Source: Octopus vulgaris | Lineage: Eukaryota | DNA length: 64,000 nucleotides | Direction of reading: 5' to 3' | NCBI GenBank assembly: GCA_951406725.2 | Contig: OX597815.1 | Location: 187,302,001-187,366,000 of the forward strand | In this document: positions 11,890 to 21,495 of the stretch, piece by piece | Position numbering within the stretch: the first letter of the stretch is position 1 | How the letters are laid out: every line of letters starts with the position of its first letter | Translations under genes and position numbers: made by a program | Notes under the pieces: model-generated | The model's database searches: none | Seen by the model: only the letters and a program-made list of their open reading frames with translations | What the model was told of the DNA's origin: nothing

Positions 11890-12205
11890 TTTGTTCTTTA
11901 TTTTCTTTAACAATGCCTCTTTCTTCCGACCTTTCGTTGAGCTTGACACCTACATATCCTACTTTCTCTTATTTCCCCTTCAATCTTTCCCTCACTGCTA
12001 AATTCTCCTGGCCCTCTTTTCCCATTAAATGACCATGAAATCACAGTTGCTTGGCCCTTATCTCACAAAGCAGTTTCTTATTCATCGCAATGCATGCCTT
12101 AGACATTTTGTCCATCCATGCTATTCTCAGTATTCTCCTGAAGAACAGCATTTCACAGCTCTCCAAGCACCTTCTCACTTCTGATGTTGTAGACCATGCC
12201 TCACG
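11890..12205 (-). mobile_element. RTE-clade LINE C-terminal relic
   Basis: Minus-strand translation EAWSTTSEVRRCLESCEMLFFRRILRIAWMDKMS...KLLCEIRAKQL*FHGHLMGKEGQENLAV. Confidence 0.8.
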
Positions 12206-12897
12206 TCCATACTCGGGGTATCTTCGATTATATCATCTAATGTGACCATCTTTTTATGAAATGTTGAGGCGTGTGATTTGAGGGCACTTTGGCTTTAGCT
12301 TCTCGAAGTCTTCCTCCATTGTAAGTGAAATGTCGTTTGCTGAATATTGGTTTTAAAGATAATAAATTCCCAATCGTAATTTCCATGTTTTAAAAAGGAA
12401 GGAATGAAAAAAAGTTAAGAATTAAAAGCTTAATGGTAATAAAATTTTTTAAAAGCTGTTTCTCTCCACAAATTTTTCTTTTATTAGCAAAATCGTTAAC
12501 TTCGTTGTCGAGAATGAAGGAATCCAAACAAAAAAAATTTGGAAAATGATTTGATGGATGGGTCTCAAACACATCCACCAAATCGAATCAAGAAAATATG
12601 GAGAACCAAAATCAGTGGAGCACCAAACTGTAGTTTATACTTTGCAAGAAAAAAAATAGTTAGACATATCAATGAACCAATAGTTGACATTTCGCAATTT
12701 GATTGAGCAGACGATAATTCAATTAATGCTGTTTATAAAGGAACAATTTAGATTTACCAATTTAGACCGTTTCCAATAAGCTGGTCTCTTGCCATTTCAT
12801 TGAGCAGACGATTATTTAACGAGTATTATTTAAATTCTTTTATTTAAGCATTACAAATGCACACACAAAGAGAAAACAACAAATATCTGTTATATTT

Positions 12898-13258
12898 TAT
12901 TTGTTTCAGTTACCAAACTGCGGCCATGTTGTGGCATTGCCTTGACGGATTTCAGTCGAACGAATCGACCCTCAGTAGTTACCATTTTTTTTTTAAGATT
13001 GGTCCATGTTCTATTGGTTTCTTTTGCAGATCCACTAGATTTACAGGAACGTAAAGACACTAACATCGGTTGTCAAGCAGTGATGGGGTACAAATACACA
13101 CACAACAAGCTGCTTTCGGTTACCGTTTGCCAAAAACCACTGACAAACTTTAGTCGGCCTGCGGCTATAGTAAAAAAACCACTTACCCACGCAGTGAGAC
13201 CGAACCCGGGACCATGCGATTGGGAAAGCGAACTTCTTGCCACACAGCCACGCCTGCA
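12898..13258 (-). mobile_element. SINE family A (diverged but CpG-retaining)
   Basis: ttgtttcagt...ctgcggccatg...cgaacccgggaccatgcg...ccacacagccacgcctgc. Confidence 0.8.
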
Positions 13259-13934
13259 GTAGCTCTCCAATTAAACGAAAATTCTAGAACATGTTCGTAT
13301 CAACAGATTTCGTCATTTCAAAGAAAGAGAGGCCATAATTCCAGCCTAAAAGTATGTCAATGAAATTAGTCACGAAGCAATTTACAATAAATGATTATTC
13401 TTATTTTATTGACAAACAAAGTGATGCAGAAAAAAATTTCAAGGTAAGGAAGTTATTTGTATAATTTTGTTCGCCAATTCTTTTATATATTTCAATGAAT
13501 CAAGCACGACTTCATGATATTTTTCCCAATTTTTACCCATCATGGTTGCTGCAGTCGAATATTAATCTTTTGTTTGTCCAAACCATTTTTATAAGTTTGT
13601 CCTAAACGTCCTTGCTTGTTTTCATACATTTTAATTAGTGCTGTCTTCATCTATTTTTCTTTCTGAGTAATAATATAAAGTTTTCTTTTTCTTAGTCCCA
13701 AGTAATTCCGGCGGTTGAAAAAGAATTAGCAATGGTTATAATATATGATGCATGAAGGTGAGGGAAATATGTCAGGGTTTCTCTCATATTCTCAAGATAA
13801 CCTGCAAAAATTCAATCCAACTGTAATCACCACCAAATTATGTTTTTTAGCATTTAACCCAGTGGTTCCAACCTGTAGTCTGCAAAATTAGTACTGGGGG
13901 TCCGTGAACTAAATTCAAAATAATATACATATAT

Positions 13935-14184
13935 ATATTAAGGGAAAACCAAGAAGAAAATGGAGAATAAGATGGATATAATTATTTATTTATTTGCGTC
14001 AACATGCAAATAAATCAGTAATTACTTCCAGTTATTATTCTCCATTTTCTTCTTGTTTTTCCCTCAATATTAAGAATTTCAATAATCCTAAACATATACA
14101 AATGACTTTACCATTATATGATACGGATGAACCAGTGGAATACTTTGGATTATATAATCCCTAATGAGGACTTCCTCGAATTAA

Positions 14185-14188
<4 letters not shown>
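13935..14188. mobile_element. Hairpin + tail element in (TA)n, family H2
   Basis: Inverted repeat 13935-14070 (atattaagggaaaaccaagaagaaaatggagaataa...ttattctccattttcttcttgtttttccctcaatat) plus a ~118-nt unpaired tail, with (TA)n on both sides. Confidence 0.75.
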
Positions 14189-14230
<42 letters not shown>

Positions 14231-14231
<1 letters not shown>

Positions 14232-14397
14232 TTTATTTAAAGCAGCAGAAAATTCAACAAAACCTGTTACTCTGAGTTTCCCGTTGCCACTCAGAGTAAT
14301 AGGTTTTGTTGAATTTTCTGCTGCTTTAAATAAAGCATATTACTCTACCACTGGTATTTGAGTACTCTTTTTTACACATTTATGTGTTTACTCCGTA
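14231..14397. mobile_element. Hairpin + tail element, family H1 second copy
   Basis: Near-perfect ~47-bp arms at 14231-14335 with the same tail as 9093-9156. The minus strand keeps g-GCAA-cgg-GAAA-ctcagag-TA-acag. Confidence 0.8.
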
Positions 14398-14589
14398 ATA
14401 TATATATATATATATATAATTAAAAGGGGTCCTTGGTAGTGAAAAGGTTGGGTTAACCAATGCATTAATTCAAATAATTTTTGAGGGAATTGGTTAGCAT
14501 TTTCATTTCAATCTTTTGAGATAGATGAAAGGAAGTACATGAGCCTCTCTGCACACCAGGGTTCCCACTTTTAACCTTTACGTGCCCAT

Positions 14590-14790
14590 TGCCAGACTTG
14601 GGTGCCTAGGGATGCTTCAGAATATTCCGGGTGGACACTAATTTTTGTAAACTGTATTTTCTGAATCTGGTGGTGCACCATTGAATAATGGGGGGACTGT
14701 GCCGCCCAACGAACCCCCTTAGCGACGGGCATGGCACTTTATAATCCAAATCTAGCTTCTTTTTTCTCCAATACCTTTTCGCTTCATTTT
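14590..14790 (-). mobile_element. Possible R4/Dong-like (RLE) LINE 3' relic
   Basis: Frameshifted PVAKG/SLGGTVP...LQKLVSTRNILKHP* resembles the PxxxGALGTVP...LQKxxLLGTARILR terminus of R4-clade elements. Confidence 0.35.
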
Positions 14791-14861
14791 CTTTTAGTGT
14801 AGCATCAATGTTAATCCTTTTCTTTTGTGCATTTCCCCTGTTTATACAAAACATTAAAGAA

Positions 14862-15500
14862 AGAGATTTGTAACATGTATAAGTATACGCACGGCCTGTA
14901 CCTGACCAACCACCCCCAATTCAACTACTTCCAAGGCAGAAATACGAGAGGATGAAAGGCAAAGTCAACCTCGGCGGAATTTGAACGCCGCTACATTCTG
15001 AGTTCAAATTCCGCCAAGGTCGACTTTGCCTTTCATCCTTTCGGGGTCGATTGAATAAGTACCAGTTACGCACTGGGGGCGATATAATCGACTTAATTCG
15101 TTTGTCTGTCCTTGTTTGTCTCCTCTGTGGGCAGTAAAGAAATAAGAAATACGTGAGGACACAGCCTGAAATTGGAAAGATCACACTGCAGGCTCAACAT
15201 TAGAAGCTGCTTTTTCGCAAAGCGTGTGACCACCATCCGGAACAGTCTGCCAAATAGTGTGGTTGCAGCTCCCTCAGTCAATGCCTTCAAGAACAGGCTT
15301 GACGCATACTGGAGGGAGCTTCCTGCAAAATTTGACCGTTCTGTCGAAGTGTTGTCCCACATGTGACAGATTAATTGTACTAGTGGAAAAGGACCTGTGA
15401 ACAAGCTCGTAGGTGCTTCAACACGGAAACCATCCAGTATGCAGTAACATGTTTTGAACAGATTCGGTCCAGTTGACATTTGACTGTTCCATGTCCGCAA
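14862..15500 (+). mobile_element. CR1-clade LINE 3' end, interrupted by a SINE
   Basis: MYKYTHGLY...FQGRNTRG | SINE | T*GHSLKLERSHCRLNIRSCFFAKRVTTIRNSLPNSVVAAPSVNAFKNRLDAYW, the canonical CR1 ORF2 terminus. Confidence 0.9.
14950..15144 (+). mobile_element. 5'-truncated family B SINE with a 5' inverted duplication
   Basis: 14950-14986 is the reverse complement of 15002-15038. TSD agaaatacgagagga (14938-14952) / agaaatacgtgagga (15145-15159). Confidence 0.85.
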
Positions 15501-15654
15501 AGAAATGTTACAGTTTTAGACAGGAATAAATAAAAGTTATTGGGGAAAAAGTTACATTTTATTTAAATGATATAAACAATTAAAGTAATAAAACAAAAAA
15601 AAAAAAAGTCAAAATCGGTTATTAATTGATAGCGCATAATTTTTATATGATGGT

Positions 15655-15890
15655 GGCGGAAGTAAAGGACAGCGACCGCACCCATCTTTCGTTTTTTTTT
15701 TTCTTTACAGAAACCCACGTTTTCGACTGCGGAGATTCCGAGTCGGCAAAAAAAATCATTTCAGAATTTTAATTTCCCCCCCCCCCCCATTTTTACTTTT
15801 TTTAGAATTTTTTCTTTTGGCGAAATACGTAGAAAAATACGGAGATTATGATTATGAAAGGGGGTGCGGTCCATGTCCTTTACCTCCGCC
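15655..15890. mobile_element. MITE with GG termini, ~35-bp imperfect TIRs and 9-bp TSD (MULE/Merlin-like)
   Basis: ggcggaagtaaaggacagcgaccgcacccatctttc ... gaaagggggtgcggtccatgtcctttacctccgcc; flanks tatgatggt / tatgatgat. Confidence 0.85.
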
Positions 15891-16061
15891 TATGATGATA
15901 ACACAATGAAAAAAATTCTTTTATTCAATTTCTTTAGCGAAATTACACATTTTGTCGGTTATCTTTAAATACATGACTTGTACTGATTGAAAACATCTTA
16001 TTGTGGTATTAAATATATATTCAATGATTTTAATGGTGATGACTGAATCAGTTATTCTAGC

Positions 16062-16069
16062 TGACGTCA
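16062..16069. promoter_or_regulatory. Full cAMP-response-element palindrome TGACGTCA in a CpG-retaining region
   Basis: Exact motif in non-repeat DNA; function is not demonstrable from sequence. Confidence 0.25.
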
Positions 16070-16341
16070 CGAAGAGATTTTACCAAAGTCTCTTGTGGTT
16101 CTCCTGTCGAGCAACACACAAGTTTTGATGTCTAAAGTGTAACTTCAATGATTTTTTTTTTATCAAGATTCGACTGTTCCGTTACCAAGCTTTGCGGTAT
16201 TATTTTTCAACATTATCATTCTCACTTGTTTTACACGGTGCTCCACTGCCTTTTCCCACTTGAAGTACACTGTATTCATTTCAAATTTCGGCGGCACACC
16301 TGAACTAGAAATATAATTAAAAGTATAGGGAAAAAAATATA

Positions 16342-17644
16342 GGATCTTTTCTATTCTGAAGCCAGTTTTTTCAAATTTTTCCTACTGAACCAAACAATTT
16401 GAAACTTCGTATACTGGTAGAATGTGTCAAAAGTAAACTTAATTGTAAACCAGAATGAAAACGGAATTGTAACTTCTAAGTTTAACGTTGTTTAATAATT
16501 AGAATTTTAACCAATGATATTCCGTCATTCGGCGTTATTTTATTTACTCCGTCTCGACCACCAATTTCGTGACGTATTAAACATCTTAAATGTAAACATT
16601 TCGTTTCTAAGCTAATGCGTTTCATTTCACTTATTGTATTTATTTGTGCAAAAGGCAAGAAATTTAGGCGAAGTTTCGCTTGTCGTAGCACAAGTTTTCC
16701 GTCGATTTCCGTAAAAAACTTTTATTTTTTTACATAAGTAATGAGAGCGAAAGAGACTAAGAGGAAGCGATTTTATGACGAGGGAAGTTTGTCTTTGAAG
16801 TTACCGTCTAGGGGAAGCATTGATGTACATGTGTGTGTGTGTGTGTTTGATGGGGTGTGGGAGACAGTATGTTGTGTAAGTGAAGTGCTTCTGTTAGTGT
16901 GTGTGAAGAGACAGAGAGAGTAATGTGTGAAAGAGAGAGATAACTGAAATTTTTTACTCGGTGTATGTGTATATGTATGTCTGCATGTATGTGTGTGTAT
17001 GTATGTGTAAGTATGTGTGTGTGTGTGTATGTATGTATGGCCGATTCATACATACATACATAGATACATACACACACACACATACATGCAGACATACATA
17101 TACACATACACCGAGTAAAAAATTTCAGTTATCTCTCTCTTTCACACATTACTCTCTCTGTCTCTTCACACACACTAACAGCCTCTTAGTCTCTTTCGCT
17201 CTTATTACTTATGTAAAAAAATAAAAGTTTTTTACGGAAATCGACGGAAAACTTGTGCTACGACAACGCCGAAATTTAATATTAAAAAAGCAAAGAGCTG
17301 GCAGAAACGTTAGCACGCCGGGCGAAATGCGTAGCCGTATTTCGTCTGCCGTTACGTTCTGTATTTGTTTACAGTTTTCCGAACGTTAGGACGTCACAAA
17401 AGCGCTTTCTACGTCACACTAATAGAATGCAGTCAAGTTTTAAGTTTTACACATGAAAACAAACAATCTGATTGGTTAAAATTCGCAGTTTTAATCTACG
17501 ATTAAAGTCATAAAATAGATTTTTCTCAAATAAACTAGTTCCAACCTGTGTCTTGTTTTGCTAGACTCTATCAGCATACGAAGTTTCAGATTATTTAGTT
17601 AAGTAGAAAGATCTGTGGTCCTGGCTTCAGAATAGAAAAGATCC
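16342..17644. mobile_element. TIR DNA transposon, non-autonomous (Merlin- or MULE-like)
   Basis: Perfect 24-bp TIR ggatcttttctattctgaagccag (16342-16365 and 17621-17644) that extends imperfectly to ~80 bp, with an exact 8-bp TSD aaaatata. Confidence 0.9.
16680..17266. repeat. ~590-bp foldback palindrome with a one-sided ~127-bp bulge
   Basis: 16680-16763 pairs with 17182-17266, and 16891-~17040 pairs with ~17047-17181. Segment 16764-16890 is present only in the left arm. Confidence 0.95.
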
Positions 17645-17670
17645 AAAATATATTCAGGTTACACTGCGAC

Positions 17671-18098
17671 ATGGTCTCGTCACACACGAGTGTGCCGCGG
17701 AAGACTTAGCATCGTCTCGTGACACACGAGTGTGCCGCGGAAGACCTAGCATCTTCTCGCTGCACTCCAGGGTGCCGCGGCAGACCTAGCATCTTCTCGC
17801 GGCACTCCAGTGTGCTGCGGCAGACTTAGCATCTTCTCGTGGCACACGAGTGTACCGCGGCAAACCTAGCATCGTCTCGTGACACACCAGTGTGCCGCGG
17901 AAGACCTAGCATCGTCTCGTGATACACCAGTATGCCGCGGAAGACTTAGCATCGTCTCGTGACGCACGAGTGTGCCGCAGAAGACCTAGCATCTTCTCGC
18001 GGCACTCCAGTGTGCCGCAGAAGACATAGCATCTTCTCGTGACACACGAGTGTGCCGCAGAAGACCTAGCATCGTCTCGTGGCACACATGTGTGCCGC
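17671..18098. repeat. 40-bp CpG-rich minisatellite, ~10.7 copies
   Basis: Unit atcgtctcgtgacacacgagtgtgccgcggaagacctagc; period 40 (17701, 17741, 17781...). Confidence 0.95.
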
Positions 18099-18684
18099 TG
18101 TATACCGACTCCGGAGCACTGGTTTAACATATAGTTTACTTCATCAGACAAGGTAGCCCATTGAAGAATTTTGTTTCCAATTAACAGAAGAATTTCTGTA
18201 TATGCAAATATCAAGGCTGTGTTTCATTATTTAAAGTGAAACAAATCCACAGTTTATTGTTAATTGAAATGTTTTATAAAAATAATCAATTGAAAGGTTC
18301 CGGTCAAATGAAACATCAAAATGCAAACCAATACGTGGAACTTTTAGTGATTGTAAATCCTTTGGCAATGGATGTACAACTGTCGTCTCTTTGATGCAAT
18401 TTTCTGAGTACACCACCACTTAGCTAATATTGGTTAGATAAACAGTAATCCCTTGACTATCGCGAGTGTTACATTCCAACACACCCTGCAATAGGGGGAA
18501 ATCCGTGAAGTAGAAACAGTACTGTACTGTATATTTTAAAAAATTATTTTTATAATTTGTATATATTTATTTTATTATAAATGCAAAATAGCACCATGGA
18601 GGAATCAACGTAAACTTAAATAATAAACCGTGATAGGTGAACTGCCATATGGCAAGGGATTACTTTATATGTTTATATATATAG

Positions 18685-18923
18685 TGGCATGTAAAAAAAC
18701 ACCATTTGAGTGTGACCGTTACCAGTGCCGCCTGACTGACCCTCGTGCCGGTGGCACGTAAAAGCACCCACTACACTCTCAGAGTGGTTGACGTTAGGAA
18801 GGGCATCCAATTGTAGAAACTCTGCCAGATCAAGATTGGAGCCTGGTGCAGCCATCTGGTTCACCAGTCCTCAGTCGAATCGTCCAACCCATGCTAGCAT
18901 GGAAAGCGGACATTAAATGATGA

Positions 18924-18927
<4 letters not shown>
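18685..18927 (+). mobile_element. SINE family C
   Basis: gtgccggtggcacgtaaaagcacccactacactc...catggaaagcggacattaaa(tga)n, followed by (TA)n. Confidence 0.9.
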
Positions 18928-18972
<45 letters not shown>

Positions 18973-19089
18973 TTATATATGACAGTGCTTCGGAGATGAT
19001 CTCAGAAAAGTGTAACATATTTGTTTGGCAAGTTCCGTAAAACATTTTTATTTCTTCAGTTTCTTTTTCAGCTGACACACAGATCTCTA

Positions 19090-19400
19090 CATATATGGTG
19101 ACTGTCTACACTTTATGCAGTCTAACCACCTCTTCTTGTACTTACACCTTAGATCCATTATGGTGTCTGATGTGGCTTTTTAAACCAGACAATGTATTGA
19201 AAAGATACCCATATATCTGGTTTGGACCACCATGAGCTGCAGTTAAGTTCTGATCTTTGTGGATCTTAAAATATCTTTTTGAGACCTCCATTAGATTTGC
19301 AGACCTTATAGCATACACGGCATTGAAAGGTGTGTAGATATATAGGCAGACTAGTTGGTGGAGGTTTGTTTTCCATGGGTCCCATACATAGATGCACATA
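19090..19400 (-). mobile_element. RTE-type LINE 3' end with two degenerate C2H2 fingers
   Basis: FQCRVCYKVCKSNGGLK/RYFKIH...QIYGYLFNTLSGLKSHIRHH followed by a short 3' UTR ending in (AT)n; frameshifted. Confidence 0.6.
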
Positions 19401-19556
19401 GATACACATGTGCACAAAAATACATAATCAAGCGATTTGTGAACACAAAACCTGTCTAGTTATGTATGTATGTGCATCTATATATATGTGTGTGTGATTG
19501 TGTTTCACTGGTCAACTAGCTCGTGCAAATGAAAGACAATGAATGTGTGTGTGTGT

Positions 19557-19672
19557 TAAAGAAATAAAAAAAGTTTAACGGAAATTGCCGAGCAGATAGT
19601 TTCACTTTTCTGGTCTCAGAAAAGTGAAACTATTTGTTCAGCAATTTCCGTAATACTTTTTTTATTTCTTTA
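19557..19672. repeat. Hairpin element in microsatellite, family H3
   Basis: taaagaaataaaaaaagtttaacggaaattgccg...ttcacttttctg|gtct|cagaaaagtgaaac...gcaatttccgtaatacttt...atttcttta. Single-arm relatives lie at ~10505-10580 and ~18985-19075. Confidence 0.8.
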
Positions 19673-20271
19673 GTTTCTGACCTAGATACATACATACATG
19701 CATACATCCACACACATATATTCTCACGTAGGAAAGAATATAAGAGGTTTAGGGTGTTGAAAATGGAATTGAGTCTTAAAATGTGTAGTTTTTAAATTTT
19801 GTAATATATTATAATACCAAACAGGTTTCGACATCTTTATTTTCTGTTTTTCAGTGGTAAGTATAAAAAAAAAAGTTTAGGAGAGATTGAAGGTGCAAGG
19901 GAAAATTCGGAAAAACATGCTTAAAAGAGCAGATGTTCATACAAATTCCAATTTTCGATAAACAGTAATACAAGTTCAAATGTTCGATGAATTTCGTAGC
20001 AGTCATACATAACTGGAAGTTCAGTAACAATTGAGTTAATTAAATAAGGTGAATTTTCTAAAAGACTGAAACCATAAAACATAATATTGCTTCATTTTGT
20101 TATAATTTCATGTATCAACAACTGAAGAATATCGCAATATCAAAATACTTGTTCCCATTTAAGAAATATATTTGGCGAGTTAATGTTAAAAACCTGGTTT
20201 TTATCTTGAGCTTCATTTTTCTCAGTTTTGGTATTTTTTAGCCCACCCCCACATTTTTTTTAAAGAGTACT

Positions 20272-20530
20272 CCATCATCATCTTTTAACGTCCGTTTTCC
20301 ACGCTAGCATGGGTTGAACGGTTCGACTGGGGGTCTGGAAGCCATGGAGGCTGCACCAGGCTCCAGTCTGATTTGGCAGTGTTTCTACAGCTGGATGCCC
20401 TTCCTAAAGCCAACCACTCCATGAGTGTAGTGGGTATTTTTTACGTGCCACCGGCACAGGGGCCAGAGCAGGCTGGCAAATGGCCATGATGGGTTGGTGC
20501 TTTTATGTGTCACCGACATGGACGCCAGAA
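20272..20530 (-). mobile_element. SINE family C
   Basis: catcatcatcttttaacgtccg...ctggatgcccttcctaa...gtgtagtggg. Confidence 0.9.
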
Positions 20531-21134
20531 ACTCAGATTAAGATTTTAAACATAACAATACCATTTACAACTCACCTTAACAATAAACTGATAGAGATGA
20601 GATAATGTTTTTAAACATTAAAAATCGAAATTCCTGATCAGTAATCATCTCTTTCTTATGTTGAGGATGTCTAATTAAAGATATAAATATACATTTGACA
20701 TTTATTTTATGTTTCAATGTTGACTGCAGCTCGAAGCCATTCGGATAGAGATTCTCAGATAGTACATGGTCGAATAGTTTGACCTTCTAATTATACAAAA
20801 CTTTATCCAGACATGTTTTATCAGACGAAGTAGGAACAAATAATGGTAAAATTATACTACAGTTCGATTATTCCGTTAGGTTTTTACTCTGGGCAAAGAA
20901 ATTTTAGTATAGCTACAAATTTCCAGTTGTAATCATTTTATCTTTATAAAATTAGAACATTTTCAATCTTTTGAATTAATAACAGCAAAAGCCTTCCAAT
21001 CGTGGCCACCACTCCTTAAGCTCTAATCAAACCAGGAATAACCATATCTTTTTATCCTTTATCGCAGCTAATGCAGATTCGCACCTCACCTTGTGTGAAT
21101 CTGAATTAGCCCCCATTTATCTTGTTGCAGTCAA

Positions 21135-21495
21135 CAGATTGCGGCCATGCTGGGGCACTGCCTTGAAGAATATTTACTTGAATGAATTGACCCTAATACT
21201 TAGTATTTGTTTCTAAACCTGGTACTTATTTTATTGGTTTCTTTTGCCGAACTGCTAAGTTACTGGGATGTAAAGACACTGACATTGGCTATCATCACTG
21301 GTGGGGGGACCCCCCCACACACACACACATGATGGGCTTGTTACAGTTTCTGCATACTAGATCCACTGACAAAGCTTTGGTTGGCCTAAAGCTGCAGTAG
21401 AGGACACTTGTCTAAGGTGCCACACAGTGGGGCTGAACCCAGGACTATGTGATTTGGAAGCAAGCTTCTTACCACACAGCTGTGCCGGTGCCTAT
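21135..21495 (-). mobile_element. SINE family A (diverged)
   Basis: gcggccatgctggggcactgcc...gccgaactgctaagttac...aggtgccacacagtggg...ttaccacacagc. Confidence 0.8.

Larger units (their letters stand above)
13860..14462. mobile_element. hAT (Charlie-like) MITE carrying two hairpin insertions
   Basis: Termini cagtggttccaacct...aggttgggttaaccaatg with internal gggg(g)tcc motifs; the internal (TA)n tracts carry the insertions. Confidence 0.55.
16236..18121. mobile_element. Non-autonomous hAT element (outer shell of the nested stack)
   Basis: Termini cggtgctcc ... ggagcactg; 8-bp TSD gttttaca / gtttaaca; subterminal gcggcacac / gtgtgccgc motifs at both ends. Confidence 0.7.

Noticed and set aside
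17671-18098. CRISPR-like array (also considered for 6232-7017)
   Set aside because: The units are contiguous with no unique spacers, there are no cas genes, and the context is eukaryotic.
19142-19417. Host C2H2 zinc-finger gene
   Set aside because: It is frameshifted, lacks TGEKP linkers and ends in a LINE-like tail, so it fits an RTE C-terminus better.
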